A stretch of 64,000 nucleotides of DNA from an uncultured delta proteobacterium (GTDB taxonomy: Bacteria; Desulfobacterota; Binatia; UBA9968), in contig CAWJZV010000026.1 in NCBI GenBank assembly GCA_963847445.1, forward strand, positions 32,001 through 96,000, given 5' to 3'. Shown piece after piece: positions 10,474-21,938 of the stretch (position 1 is the first letter of the stretch; every line of letters starts with the position of its first letter). Below the pieces are notes generated by a model, which had not been told where the DNA came from, ran no database searches, and saw nothing but the letters and a program-made list of their open reading frames with translations. A program made the position numbers and the translations under genes.

Positions 10474-10694
10474 GAGAGCGAGGCGACGGTGTCCCATACG
10501 GACCGACGCGATGGAGCCTCAACATCGGTCATTCCGCGAAACCGAATCGGCACACCAATTTATGCTTCGATCTAAGATTAAGAAATGCTCAATGGCGCGG
10601 AGCGCAGTAATCTCGCCTACGGTTACATCCGCAAGCCGAGAGCATAATTGAATTACCTACTGCAAACCGAAGTTTAGGGAAAAGTTATCCGAAA

Positions 10695-10724
10695 CCTTCG
10701 TGCTCTTCGTGCCTTCGTGGTGAA
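10695..10724 (+). repeat. CTTCGTGnn nonamer tandem array
   Basis: ccttcgtgct cttcgtgc cttcgtggtgaa; related arms at 47044-47054 and 47335-47367. Confidence 0.65.
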
Positions 10725-10756
10725 GAAATCTTTGCTACCCTAACGAGAACGCCACC

Positions 10757-11440
10757 ATGCCAGGACAATTAAACATTCTCAGCGCCGGCGCGGTTTCGCC
10801 CGGTCTGGTGCGGGTCGTCGACGCTTTCCGCAGTGAAACCGGCCACGATGTTGCAATTACATTCGCGACCGCGCCGGAACTGCGCAAGCGGTTGGCGAGC
10901 GGCGAATCGGCAGATATCGTGATCGCGCCGCCGGAGTTGCTCGACGAACTGACCAAGTCAGGGAGAGCCGCTGCCGAGCGCGTCATGGTGGGCCGCATCG
11001 GCGTCGGCGTCATGGTGCGCCGCGATGCACCGGTGCCGCGGATCGCCACTGTCGAGGAACTCAAACAATCGCTGTTGAACAGCGAATCGATCGTTTTCAA
11101 CCAAGCGTCCACGGGACTCTACATCGACAACTTGTTCAAGCGCCTTGGCATTGCCGCGCAAACCGAGGCCAAGATCGCACGTTACGCCGATTTTGCCGCC
11201 GTGCGCGATCATGTCAGCAAGGGCCAGAGCAACGCAATCGGCTTCGGCGCGACCACGGTGATCGTCGAGAGCGCTGACAAAGGCGTAAAATTCGTCGGGC
11301 CGCTGCCTGCGGAAATCCAAAATTACACTGCCTACGCCGCGGTTCGAACCCCAGACTCCGGCAACGACGCGGCGGCATTCACGGACTACCTGGCGACGCC
11401 CGCAGCGAAGTCGATACTGAGATCGGCTGGGATCGAATGA
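10757..11440 (+). CDS. ModA-like (SBP_bac_11) substrate-binding fold protein, no signal peptide
   Basis: LNILSAGAV, GESADIVI, GRIGVGVMVR, STGLYI, VGPLPAEIQNYT motifs. Confidence 0.8.
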   Translation: MPGQLNILSAGAVSPGLVRVVDAFRSETGHDVAITFATAPELRKRLASGESADIVIAPPELLDELTKSGRAAAERVMVGRIGVGVMVRRDAPVPRIATVEELKQSLLNSESIVFNQASTGLYIDNLFKRLGIAAQTEAKIARYADFAAVRDHVSKGQSNAIGFGATTVIVESADKGVKFVGPLPAEIQNYTAYAAVRTPDSGNDAAAFTDYLATPAAKSILRSAGIE

Positions 11441-11476
11441 GCGGCAAGCCGTAAAAGAACTATGAGGGGGGATTTC

Positions 11477-12520
11477 ATGAAAACAATTCTAATCCTCGGT
11501 TCGATTCTGCATTTTCTCGCGCTGCCGCCGATCGCCGCGCCGGCAGACTCACAGGACTTCTATCGAGGCAAGTCGGTCAGAATCATCGTCGGCAACTCGG
11601 TCGGCGGCGGCTATGGACGACTGGGCGCGCTTTATCGCGCTCTATTTGGGCAAACATATTCCGGGCACTCCGACTGTCGTCGTGCAAAACATGCCGGGCG
11701 CCGGCACGATCATCGCGGCCAATCATGTTTACAACATCGCCAAGCCTGACGGCTTGACTCTCGGTCTGGTCAATCCGGCCATCTATATCGATCAGCTCCT
11801 ACGCGCGACGGAAGTAAAGTTCGACTGGCCGAAGTTTTCCTTTATCGGCTCACCGGAAAAGTATCGATCAGGTCTTATTCATTCGGGCGGACGGCCCCTA
11901 CAAAACATTGGAAGATATTCGCAAGGCGGCCGAGCCGCCCAGGTGCGCGACTCAAGCGCGAACCACTCTTAGTTATTTTTTTCCAAAACTAATTGAGGAA
12001 GGGCTCGGGCTCAAGGTTAATATTGTCGCGGGCTACGGTGGCGGTGGTGAAATGAATCTGGCGATCGAGAAAGGCGAAGCCCATTGCCGCTCCGGAACCG
12101 TATCGGCTTATGTCGGCCGTGAACCGACCCGCACTTGGATCAAGTCCGGATTCGTCCGGGCTTTGGTTCAAAGCGGCGCGACTCGCTACCCAAAGTTACC
12201 CGAGACCCCAACCATCTATGAGTTATTGGAATCCTACAAAGCATCCGATACCACCAAGCGTGTAACGAAAGTGATGCTCTCCTCCGGCTGATCTCGGTCG
12301 GCCATTCTTCGCTCCGCCAGGGACACCCGCGGAACGAGTCAACGTTTTGCGTTCCTCATTCGCCAAAGCGATGACCGATCCCGACCTGCTCGCCGATGCC
12401 AAGAAACGCAACTGGGACATCGATCTTACGACCGGCGATGAACTCGAAAAACTCGCCAAAGAAATTATGGTCCAGCCCCCGGAGGTCATCGAGCGGGTGA
12501 AGAAGCTGTTGGGGAACTAG
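11477..12520 (+). CDS. TctC/Bug family receptor (frameshifts near 11612, 11865, 12288)
   Basis: DFYRGKSVRIIVG, VQNMPGAGT, KPDGLT, GYGGGGEMNLAIEKGE, GRPFFAPPGTP in successive frames. Confidence 0.85.
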
Positions 12521-12531
12521 CACCAAGGATA

Positions 12532-12987
12532 ATGACAAATTCCGAACTCTCCTTGCGCTTGGCGCGAGCCAGCGACGCCGCGGCCATCGCCAACCTGTCG
12601 CGCGAACTGATCGAGTACGGCCTGCGCTGGCGCTGGACCGAGCAACGGGTCGCCGCGAGCATTAGCGCCGACAACACCAACGTGCTCGTCGCTCGCCTCG
12701 ACAATCGTCTGATCGGTTTTGGCATCATGAGCTACGGCGTTCACGTCGCTCATTTAAATCTCTTTGCCGTGGCGCCGGAGTATCAACGGACGGGAGTCGG
12801 CCGCCAACTGCTGCAGTGGCTGGAAAAATGCGCTGCCGTAGCGGGGATAGTCACGATCGCTCTTGAAGTTCGTGCCGCGAACACCGGCGCACAACGGTTC
12901 TACGAAAGCATGGGTTACCGCACTCTCGTCCAACTGCCCGGCTACTATCAGGGCGTCGAAGCCGCCCTGCGCATGGGCCGGCGCTAA
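12532..12987 (+). CDS. GNAT family N-acetyltransferase (RimI-like)
   Basis: AHLNLFAVAPEYQRTGVGRQLL, LEVRAAN.GAQRFYE.MGY, GYY. Confidence 0.85.
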   Translation: MTNSELSLRLARASDAAAIANLSRELIEYGLRWRWTEQRVAASISADNTNVLVARLDNRLIGFGIMSYGVHVAHLNLFAVAPEYQRTGVGRQLLQWLEKCAAVAGIVTIALEVRAANTGAQRFYESMGYRTLVQLPGYYQGVEAALRMGRR

Positions 12988-13080
12988 CGGCTAAGAGAAC
13001 CTAGCGTCAACAGCTCGTTTGCCAATTGCAAGCTTTGCGTTTCCCACTGTTATCGAGACATCGTCCCTTTCCGGCTTTAC

Positions 13081-13107
13081 TCGTGCCTCTCGCCTCAAGC
13101 CTCGCGC
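13081..13107. repeat. GCCTCnn heptamer tandem array
   Basis: tcgtgcctctcgcctcaagcctcgcgcc; related copies at 14216-14238 and 20705-20770. Confidence 0.6.
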
Positions 13108-14124
13108 CTACTTCTTTCCCCAAATCTGCTCAAAAAAGCCGCTCTTCTCCATCTCGTCGAGGTAGCGCGTGTCCATCATCTCTTGCGGCTTGACCGACTT
13201 CGCGCGCGGCTCGGTGGGAGCGATTTCGTCGAGCGTCGACTGAAAACCTTCGGGCTTCATCGCCAGTCGCGGCTCCAACGCTTTGATCTCGACGTTATAG
13301 CTCGCCTCCAGCAGCTTGCGGTCGTCCACCCGCAGATATTTTTCCATGACCTTGTAGGTGAATTCTTTATCCGCGTGCATGATCTTCGCCGCTTCGGCCA
13401 TGGCGCGCATGAAGCGGCCGATCACCGGACCGCGTTTGGCGACGATCGAACGGCGCGTGACAAACGTCGTCGCCGCGTAGGCGATCTTCAAGTCGGGACC
13501 GTAGACCACGTAGTGATAGCCCATGCTTGAGCGCCTGGGCATCGGTGGGAACCGTCAACACCGCCGCATCGATGCCTTGCGCCACCAACGCCGCCAGGGT
13601 CTCCGGCGCGCCGCCGGCCTGAATGAAACTGACTTCGCGCGAATCGATGTTGTAATGGCGCAGCGCCTGCACCGCAAAATAATGCGGGTTGCTGCCGATG
13701 CGCGACACGCCGATGCGTTTGCCCTTCAATTGCTCCGGACGTCTTGATGTCGGGCTTGGCGATGATGCTGTGGGTCAGCAGGCTCTTGATGCCGCCGACA
13801 AAAACCGGATCCTTGTTGCCCTGCACCCAAGGGCCGGGTAATGCTCGCCGCGCCGATCACCGCCACCTCGCTATCGCCGGAAAGAATCGCCGCCACCGAT
13901 GGCGCCCCCGGCGTGACAAACACCATCGGCACTTCCAGGTCGTATTTCTTTAAGAGCCCAGCCTCCTGGGCGATCCAAGGATAGGCCTGCGACATCACCC
14001 GCGCCGTGTAGATCATGTTGACCCGGTCTGCCGCATACACAGCCCCGGCGGCCAGACATCGACACGACAAGTATTACCAGACCCATGCCGCGAACCAGTC
14101 GCGCTAACCATGGCAATTCATCAT
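13108..14124 (-). CDS. NMT1/SsuA-type ABC substrate-binding protein (several frameshifts)
   Basis: WIAQEAGLLKKYDL, LKGKRIGVSRIGSNPHYF, QAGGAPET, DTRYLDEMEKSGFF across ORFs 13726-14070, 13488-13826, 13367-13729, 13108-13542. Confidence 0.85.
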
Positions 14125-14308
14125 CGGCCCTCCTTGCTTGACTGGACAACAATTTGCTGCTGTCGTTCTTACAACAGATGGCCGGTAGAAACCAAATCAA
14201 TTTTTCGCGAATTGCTCACGCCTCAAGCCTCGCGCCCTTTTGATACTTTGACAAACCCAGCGCAACTGTAGCAACATCATCCTCAGCCAGACCAAGGAGG
14301 CTAAATCC

Positions 14309-15423
14309 ATGAGCACCCATACCGTTTCCACGCCGACCCATGAACGTTGCGTCACATCCTACGCCGCGCGCACGCAGTACAAGCCCGGCGTTGTCCATCC
14401 ACCGCATATCAAAGTCAAAGACGCCATCGACATCCATTGCCACGCCCATGAAGGCCAGCAAGATCCCTACGACCTGGCGCGGCGCGCGTCCTTGGCGGAG
14501 ATGAAAGGTTTGCTGTTCAAAAGCATTCCCGGCGACGATCCGGTGCAAGGCGACGCAAGCCGTCCAGGACGACGTCAATCGTTGGGCGGAAAAACAAGAA
14601 GGCGTCAAACCGATCAGCTGCTGGTCGGCCTACGTCTGCGGCCGGCAAATGGCGCCGGTGACGGCAAAGATCGTCAGCGAGATGATCGACCGCGGCGTCA
14701 GCGCCATCTGGCTGCCGGTGTTCACCCATGCGATCACCATGAGCACCGTCGGCACCTACGGCCGCTTCGTCCGCGGCCGCGAAAACGCCGGCTGGGTCGG
14801 CCCCATCGGTTGGGACGAAGCGATGAAAATCGGCCACTACGATCTCGACGCCGAACGGCAAACTGAAACCGGAGATCCGCGACATCGTCCATCTCTGCGC
14901 CGACCGCAACGTCGCGCTGTTCTTCGGCCACGCCACCCACGCCGAGATCTACAAACTCGCCGAGGAAGTAGAGAAAGCCGGCTTGAAACGCGCCGTCATC
15001 GACCACCCCTTCAGCCCGTTCTTGAACGTCTCGCCGGACATGATGAAAGAAATCCGCGGCAGCGGCGTACTGTTCAACTTCACCTGGGACGAACTCTCGC
15101 CGCTCTTGGGCGTCGACCCGCAGATCATGTACAACACCATTCGCGAAGTCGGCGTCGAACATTTCACGCTTTCCAGCGATGCCGGCGAACCTTTGTTCCC
15201 CGACTCCGTCGAAGCCATGCGCCTGGTGCGCGGCTACATGGAAGCGTTTGGTTTGAATCAGGACGAGCTTTATACCGTGTGCACGAAGAATCCGGCGAAG
15301 GTGGTGGGGCTGGCAGTTGCACTGATCGACAGACTGAAGCGGTCGAGAAGATTCAATGATCAGAGAGTGATCAAGAGTTGGTGCCGTGAAGAAAACATTG
15401 AACCTTTGAACCTGGCACCTTGA
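14309..15423 (+). CDS. DUF6282-like metal-dependent hydrolase (amidohydrolase-like TIM barrel), frameshifted near 14550 and 14860
   Basis: AIDIHCHAH, AIWLPVF, FGH, VIDHP, LSSDAG, TKNPAKVVGL; AAGGAGG RBS. Confidence 0.7.
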
Positions 15424-15427
15424 ACGT
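15398..15427. repeat. TTGAAC tandem array
   Basis: ttgaacc tttgaacc tggcacc ttgaacg, about 10 nt past the stop at 15437. Confidence 0.7.
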
Positions 15428-15436
15428 CAGCGAGTC

Positions 15437-16452
15437 TTATTTCAACCCCAACTTATCAAACGTCCCGTCCTTCTCCATCTCGTCGAGAAAACGGCGATCG
15501 ATCAACTGCTCGGCTTTCACTTGTTTTGCCCGCGGGTCGGTGCGGGCGATCTCGTCCAGGTTGGCTTGAATGGCGCTGGCCTTGATATCCAGCCGCGGCT
15601 CCAGGACTTTCAACTCGGCCGTGTAGGCCGCGTCGAAGACTTTGCGGTCGGTCAGGCCAATTTTCCTGCTGATCACTCTAAACGCCAGTTCGCGGTCGCT
15701 GATCATGATCTTCAGCGATTCGGCCATCACATGCATGAATTGACTGACAGCTTTCGGTCGCTTGGCGATTACCGAACGTAAAGTGACAAACCCCGTCGCC
15801 ACGTACGCCGGCTTTATCTCGCGGCCGTCGATGACGTAGTTGAAACCCTGAAACGCGGCGCGGGTGTCCTGCGGCGTCGTCAGCGACGCGGCGTCCACCG
15901 CGCCCGTGCTCAAAGCGAGAAAGGTTTCCGGCGCGCCGCCGGTTTGGATCAAGTTGGCATCCTTGAGCGGATCGAGGCCCTTCTGGCGCATGCCATACAT
16001 GCGTGAAGTAATGCGAGTTGCCGCCGATGCGGCCAACACCGATCCGTTTCCCTTTTAAGTCTTCCGGCCGCTTGATCTCGGGCTTACCCATAAGACTATG
16101 GGTCAATACGTTCTTCACCGAGCCGATAAAAACGAAATCTGTATTGCCGCTGATATAGGCGCGAATCGGCCCCTCGCCGCCAACGATGGCGACGTTACCG
16201 CTGCCGCCGCTCATGGCGGCGGTAACGATTCCAGAAGAAGCGATGTAGACCAGCTGAAAGTCGAGATCGTACTTCGGATAGAGCCGCGCCTCCTCGGCGA
16301 ACCAAGGCAGCGCCATCGCCACGCTCGGCGCCGACTGCAGACCGACGAGCCGTTCGGCGGCGAAAGCTGGCGAACCGGACGCAGAGCAGACCTTGGCCAA
16401 GCACAAGCGATAGCACCAGGGCTTTGGCGAGTCGATAACTAGGAGTAAGCAT
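15437..16452 (-). CDS. NMT1/SsuA-type ABC substrate-binding protein (indels near 16000 and 16400)
   Basis: LPWFAEEARLYPKYDL, LKGKRIGVGRIGGNSHYF, QTGGAPET, LEPRL, IDRRFLDEMEKDG. Confidence 0.85.
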
Positions 16453-16518
16453 ACCACCCTCCAGACAAACCGGGATCTGCTTGCGTACTTACTACGGGGT
16501 CGTCATAATGCACAAGCA

Positions 16519-17674
16519 TCAGCCTGGTTTACCATCGAGCCTCGGTTGCAAGAGTATCGGCACATAGACAACGATGAAGATCGCATAGCCAACGAGCCAT
16601 AGCCCTCCGCTCAAAATCACCAACTGGGAAAACCAATGCGGATGTAAAATCGGCAGCAAACCACGAGTCACGGCAGCAAGATTTACCGCGGCGAACGCAC
16701 TTGCCATCCCAGGTCCGACCTTTAGGGGCCTGCCCGTATGCCCTAAAGAAACCCGCGCCATCATGCCCATGGTCAACACGCCAATGGCGCCCAGCGAAAA
16801 CGCGTGAAGAGTAAACTGCGGTGGGATAACTGCCAACCCCGACCCAGCCTTCAAGATGAATCCCACGACAATCCAGCTATAACCGAGATGAAGCACCCAA
16901 AGTAACGGGACACGCCAAAGCCGGTGCGTATACCAACCGCCGAGCCGAATCCCGTTGGCGATCGCTGCGACTCCGGCAAACACGCCGGCGATGCGCGGAT
17001 CGATGAAAAGAAATTCGGCAAGCGTAAAGGCTATCACGCTGATTATCGTGAACCACTCAATTACGCTCCAGCGTTTGATCCGAACTCCCTGAAGCGCACC
17101 CTCGGTGAAGAAAGGAATGACCCGCCCGCCCATGATCACGATCAACAAAACGACTAAATCGAGGCCGAGGAGGACTGCTTGATGCGCAAGATGCGGTGCG
17201 AAGCCGAGGAGCGCCAAATGCACGAGAAGATTTGCCAACCAGAAAACCGCAATTAGCGGGAGAAAAAGCAAGTTTCGCCGATCTCCGCGCCGCACCAGTG
17301 GCACGCCGATTCCAACAGCAAGGGCCGGCAAAAAGCTAAGATCGACCAGAGCGATCATTTCAGCGGACAAGGCTGAAGGAAAAAATGGCAGGATGCGGGC
17401 GAGACACCAGATAAGCGTCAGAGCAACTAGAGCTCCACCCTTGAGCCGTAGCCATCTCGGTCCAATTGCGCACGGCGGTAAGCAGAAAGCCGGCAATCAC
17501 TGCAGCGGTATAGCCGAAGATCATTTCGTGGCTATGCCAACCGATCTGACCGTAATATGAATTCAGGGGAAGCCAGCCAACAAACGTCGGCACCCATAGC
17601 GCGATCGAAAGTATCGCAAACAGACCGCTGAGCAGAAAAAACGGTCGAAAGCCAAGGGCAAATAGAACTGGCAT
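16519..17674 (-). CDS. nnrS: NnrS family membrane protein (frameshift near 17440)
   Basis: LGFRPFFL, WHSHEMIFG, GFLLTAVRNWT, GGRVIPFFT, LWVLHLGY, MMARVSLGHTGRPL signature motifs. Confidence 0.9.
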
Positions 17675-17770
17675 AGAACGAACGCAATCCTAGACGCCTT
17701 TAGAATTCGCCCTTTCGCGACCGCCGCGCACGCCGTTGGAAACAACCGCCAACGATCCCATCATATAAAC

Positions 17771-18758
17771 CTATTTCTTGTAAAGCTGCTTGATAAATCC
17801 CGACGACTCCATCTCCTGGACAAAACTCGCATCGACGAAAGCTCTTCGGATCGGCGGCCGCGGCCTTGGGATTTTTCGGCGCCATGTCGTCGAGCAATGT
17901 CTTGATGCCGGCGGGATCGGCGTACGGAACATCGAGGAGAACCGACGTGTAGTTTTTGTAGGTTCGTTCCAATCCTTCCGGGTCGGTGAGCCGGGTGTAC
18001 TTGCCGATGATCGCCTTGGTGCCTTCCTTGTCGGCTTTGACCAAATGCAGGGCCTCGGTCATCGCCCGAGCGAAGCGGCTCACCATCGGCCGCCGCGATT
18101 TGATGGTCGTCTCGCGGGTAACGACGCCGTTGCCATGCAGTGGAATTTTTAAAGTCGCCATGTTGACCAGATCGCGGAAGCCCAAGCGCTCGGCCTCTTT
18201 GATAAACGGCTCGTTCATGATCGTGAACTGAGTCAATCCTTTTGAAATCGAGGCGAGCCGTTCGGGATTGCCGCCGGCGGGAACGATCTTTACGTCCCTA
18301 TCCGGATCGATGCCCAAACGTCTGAGCGACAGCTTCAGGCCCATGTCGGAGATGCTGCCGGCGCGATTGACCGAACCGGTTTTGCCGCGCAGCTGCTCGA
18401 CCGTCGTGATGTTGGCGGCGCTGATGATGTGATCGATGAAGGTCGGGATGATCGATAGAATCATGACGAAATCGGCGCCGCCTAGGCGCGGATTGACGAC
18501 ATTGGGCGCGGAAGTAATGACGATGTCGAGATCGCCCGCCACCAGCGCCTGCATCGCCGGCGGCCCGGCGCCGAAGAAGATCGGCTCTGCGACTAATCCC
18601 TGCTTGGCGAACAAGCCGCGCTCCTGCGCCACCCACAACGGCGTATGCGACGCCGTCATCGCCGCCCAGCCGACGCGCACGCGCTCCTGGGCCGCGCTGA
18701 GCTGAAAGTTTAGAAGCAAAACTATGAGTGTCAGTAACGTTCTAAGATAGGTCAGCAC
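17771..18758 (-). CDS. NMT1/SsuA-type ABC substrate-binding protein (indel near 17840)
   Basis: Signal peptide, PLWVAQERGLFAKQGL, LRGKTG, GIDPDRDVKIV; true C-terminus GFIKQLYKK* in shifted frame. Confidence 0.88.
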
Positions 18759-18811
18759 GAAGCACCTCGTGAGTTAGAAATTATTCCGTCGAAACGTAGA
18801 GAGAATCGGAC

Positions 18812-18951
18812 GGGCAACCACACAGGGTTGCTCCTACAATTGCCATTCCATTTTGCGCCCTTTGCGTGGCTCAGTTCCTTCGCATTCGCTCAGGACAGCT
18901 TTGCGGCCAATCACCCGATTCCGCACTGGGCCGGTCGCGACCGGCCCCTAC
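18812..18951 (-). repeat. Cluster of two GTAG-type REPs and a nested CTTTGCG/CCTTCG..GCTCAGG element
   Basis: Minus-strand gtaggagcaaccctgtgtggttgccc (18812-18837) and gtaggggccggtcgcgaccggccc (18928-18951); ttgcgccctttgcg...ccttcgcattcgctcaggac...ttgcggccaatc (18853-18912). Confidence 0.7.
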
Positions 18952-19005
18952 TTTCTGATCTATATGCCCTTTGTGGGTTAAATTTCTTTTCCCCTTTGGC
19001 AAAGA

Positions 19006-20023
19006 TTACTTACTGGAACCGAGCTTCTGAAAGAATCCCGCCTTCTCCAACGCCTCGACAAACGAGTTGTCGTAGAAATCGTTGCGGGTTAGCTTTTGCC
19101 GCCGCCGGATATTCTGTCTCGTCGAGATAGCCGAACCAAGTCGAGAGCTGCTCCGGACGCAGCGCCAGATGGGTCACGAAATAAGGCGCGTAGAAATCAT
19201 AGGTGTCGTCGATCGCCTTGGCGTCTTCGGTCTGGGTGAACTTGGCGATGGCCCGCTTGGCCGCTGCCGGATCGTTCTTGGTCCGCGCCACGCCTTCGGC
19301 GATGCCTTTCAGGAACGCCGAGATGGTGTTGGGGTTTTGTTTGATGAACTTGTTCGGTGAAGCCATACGCCAGGGGCAGAGCCGGGAATGTTCGCCTTGG
19401 CGATGTCGACCAGCATGGTCAAGCCGGCGTCTTTGGCCTTCAACGTCGTCGGCGCCGATAGCGCACCAGCCTGCCGCCTTGCCGCTGACAATCGCCGTCA
19501 ACACCGCCGGCACGCTCTGCATGTAGATCAACTTGTAGTCGCTGTTGAAACTCAACCCCTGGCGCTTGAGCGCTTCGCGGGTAGCGATCTCCAGCACCGA
19601 ACGAGGCGTCGTGCCGGCGAGGGTTTTCCCCTTCAACTGCTGGACGTTGGTGATTTCCTTGGCTGTCCAGAGCTGAAAGACCAGTTGCGACATGGAGCTG
19701 CCAACCAGTTTGATCTTCGCTCCCTGCAACGAAGCGTTGACGAGATCGCCCGCCGCCACCGACATATCGGCGGATCCTGAGACGACGGACTGCACCGAGA
19801 GCTGCGGGTTGAGCTGTTGCAGTTTGACGTTGAGACCGTATTTCTTGAACAGTCCGGCGTCGCTGGCGACGAACAGCGGCGTAAAGACACCGCTCGGCTG
19901 CGGGTAGGCGACGACGATTTCTGGCTTTTCTAAGGCGCCGACTGCATCGCTGGCGGAATAAGCCGGACTGGCCGTTAGAAACGCAACGATATGCAGAAGC
20001 ATCGAGCGCCGCCAAAGCTTCAT
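19006..20023 (-). CDS. NMT1/SsuA-type ABC substrate-binding protein (indels near 19080, 19370, 19470)
   Basis: PLFVASDAGLFKKYGL, LKGKTLAGT, GALSAPTT, FYDNSFVEALEKAGFF. Confidence 0.85.
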
Positions 20024-20058
20024 GATGACACCTCCACTTTGCAATGGATTTTCCCTAC

Positions 20059-20094
20059 CCAGCACGCCACAACTCCACTACTCCATCACTCCAA
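20059..20094 (-). repeat. TGGAGTRN octamer tandem array
   Basis: ccagcacgccacaactccactactccatcactccaa directly past the stop at 20100. Confidence 0.7.
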
Positions 20095-20099
20095 ATCTT

Positions 20100-20636
20100 C
20101 TACTTGGTAATCGCGTAGCAGTAAGAATCGCGAGGTTCCGGGCTCAGGTTCGGATGCACCGACCAGCGCTTGAGAATTCCTTCGCGCTGCATGCCGGCCT
20201 TTTCCATCACCCGCGCCGAAGCCTTGTTATCGATGTCGCACACCGCCCAGACGCGGAAGATTTCTTTCTGCTTGAGCGCCCAGTCGATCAGCGCTTTGAC
20301 GGCTTCAGTCATGTAACCGCGCCCCCAATAGGCGCGCGCCAAGACAAAACCCAACTCCCACTTTTCCGCGTTGACTCTGGCGATCATCATGCCGATGACC
20401 TGTTTGCTTTCTTGAGTCTCGATCGCCCAATGAAACGCTTTGCCGATGTCCCACGCCATCGCACACATGTGCATGTACTCGCGCGTCTCCTCAACATTGA
20501 GATGGGCGCGCCAGCTGACGTATTTAATCACTTCAGGATCTCTCGCGTACTGGCGAAAAATCGCCTCGGCATCCGACAGTTTGGCTTTTCTTAGTCGCAA
20601 GCGTTCGGTTTTCAGTATCTTGGGTGGGTATGTCAC
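20100..20636 (-). CDS. GNAT family N-acetyltransferase (RimJ/RimL-like)
   Basis: LKTERLRLR, ELGFVLARAYWGRGYMTEAV, NKASARVMEKAGMQREG; GTG start inferred. Confidence 0.88.
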   Translation of the reverse strand: MTYPPKILKTERLRLRKAKLSDAEAIFRQYARDPEVIKYVSWRAHLNVEETREYMHMCAMAWDIGKAFHWAIETQESKQVIGMMIARVNAEKWELGFVLARAYWGRGYMTEAVKALIDWALKQKEIFRVWAVCDIDNKASARVMEKAGMQREGILKRWSVHPNLSPEPRDSYCYAITK

Positions 20637-20775
20637 TCTTAGGAAGGTCCAGAACCGATGATTTTCAACTTTAGGGTCACATGGAAAAATATTCAAGAGC
20701 GCTGAAGGCATGAGGCGCGAGGCGGACAGGCGTGACTGGGATTTTCCAGACTCAGATTCTCGCCTCGCGTCCATT

Positions 20776-21807
20776 TCACTGCGGCGCGATGATCTGCTTC
20801 AATTTGGCAAGCAAGGCCGGCGGCGTCTTGAGCACGCCCAAGACGGTCTTTTCCAGCTCCTCGCCGGCGAGCGGTGCGATGTCGAGGTTGGCCCGTTCGG
20901 CGTCGGCCAGAAAGCCAGGATCGCTCATGGTTGCGGTGAAGGCTTTGCGAAAAATCTGCACCCGATCTTTCGGCGTGCCCGGCGCCATGACGAAGGGCCT
21001 GGCGATGGACGCGAGATCATGGGCGCCGACTTGCAAGAGCTGGCGCGCTTCGTCGTTCTTGGCGTAGCTCACGGCCAGAGGCACCTTGAGCAACTCCGGG
21101 TGGGGCTTCGCCAGGGCTTGGAGGATGATGACGAACTCACCGCTTTCGATTTGTTTCTTCCACAGCGAGCGAAAGCTTTCCCAGCCGGTGCACAGCCCGG
21201 TCAGCTCGCCGCGCTCAATCGCCAGACGCATGTCGCCGGTGCTTTTGTAACCCAACACCAACTGCGCCGGCGCACCGATGGTCGCGGCGAGCAGCCTCGT
21301 CGTGTCATGACCGCCGGTGCCGGGCGCCGTACCGCCCAAACGGGGCGGCGTCTTGGCCGCCAGCCATTTGTCCACGCTATCGATACCCCCGGCCTTGGGA
21401 AAGCCGCAAACGATCTCGACCTTGGCCACTGCGCCGACATACTCAAACCGCGCCGCGTCGAAGCTAATCTCTTTCTGCCCCATGGCTTGAAGCGGAAATA
21501 GCGAGCCGCTGAAGTGGCCGAGGGTCAAGCCGTCCGCTTTGGCGATCCGATACAGATGATTGGCGGATGCCAGACTGCCGGCCCCCGGCATGTTGTCGAC
21601 GACGAACGCCGGGTTGCCGGGGACATGCTTGCCCATGTAACGCGCCACCGCGCGGGCATAGAAATCATAGCCGCCGCCCGGCGCGTAGCCGACCACCAAG
21701 CGCACGGTCTTGCCGCGGTAGAATTCATGATTGCCGGCGCTGCCATTGCCGACCATGAACAGCCAGGTAATGAGAACGAAAAAACAGACCGCAACGCGAT
21801 GCTTCAC
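20776..21807 (-). CDS. TctC/Bug family receptor
   Basis: FYRGKTVRLVVGYAPGGGYD, DNMPGAGS, ADGLT, RPFVMAPGTP; GGAGG RBS before GTG 21807. Confidence 0.9.
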   Translation of the reverse strand: MKHRVAVCFFVLITWLFMVGNGSAGNHEFYRGKTVRLVVGYAPGGGYDFYARAVARYMGKHVPGNPAFVVDNMPGAGSLASANHLYRIAKADGLTLGHFSGSLFPLQAMGQKEISFDAARFEYVGAVAKVEIVCGFPKAGGIDSVDKWLAAKTPPRLGGTAPGTGGHDTTRLLAATIGAPAQLVLGYKSTGDMRLAIERGELTGLCTGWESFRSLWKKQIESGEFVIILQALAKPHPELLKVPLAVSYAKNDEARQLLQVGAHDLASIARPFVMAPGTPKDRVQIFRKAFTATMSDPGFLADAERANLDIAPLAGEELEKTVLGVLKTPPALLAKLKQIIAPQ

Positions 21808-21938
21808 AAGAGCCGACCTCCGACCGAAAAAGTAGTCGTGAATTTGTAACACAAACTAGTGTTTACTCAACGCCGCCCGCGCCTGCTGGAGTGGTAGCTC
21901 CAGCGGAATCATGCGCGAGGATTTCCGCGAAGAGATCT

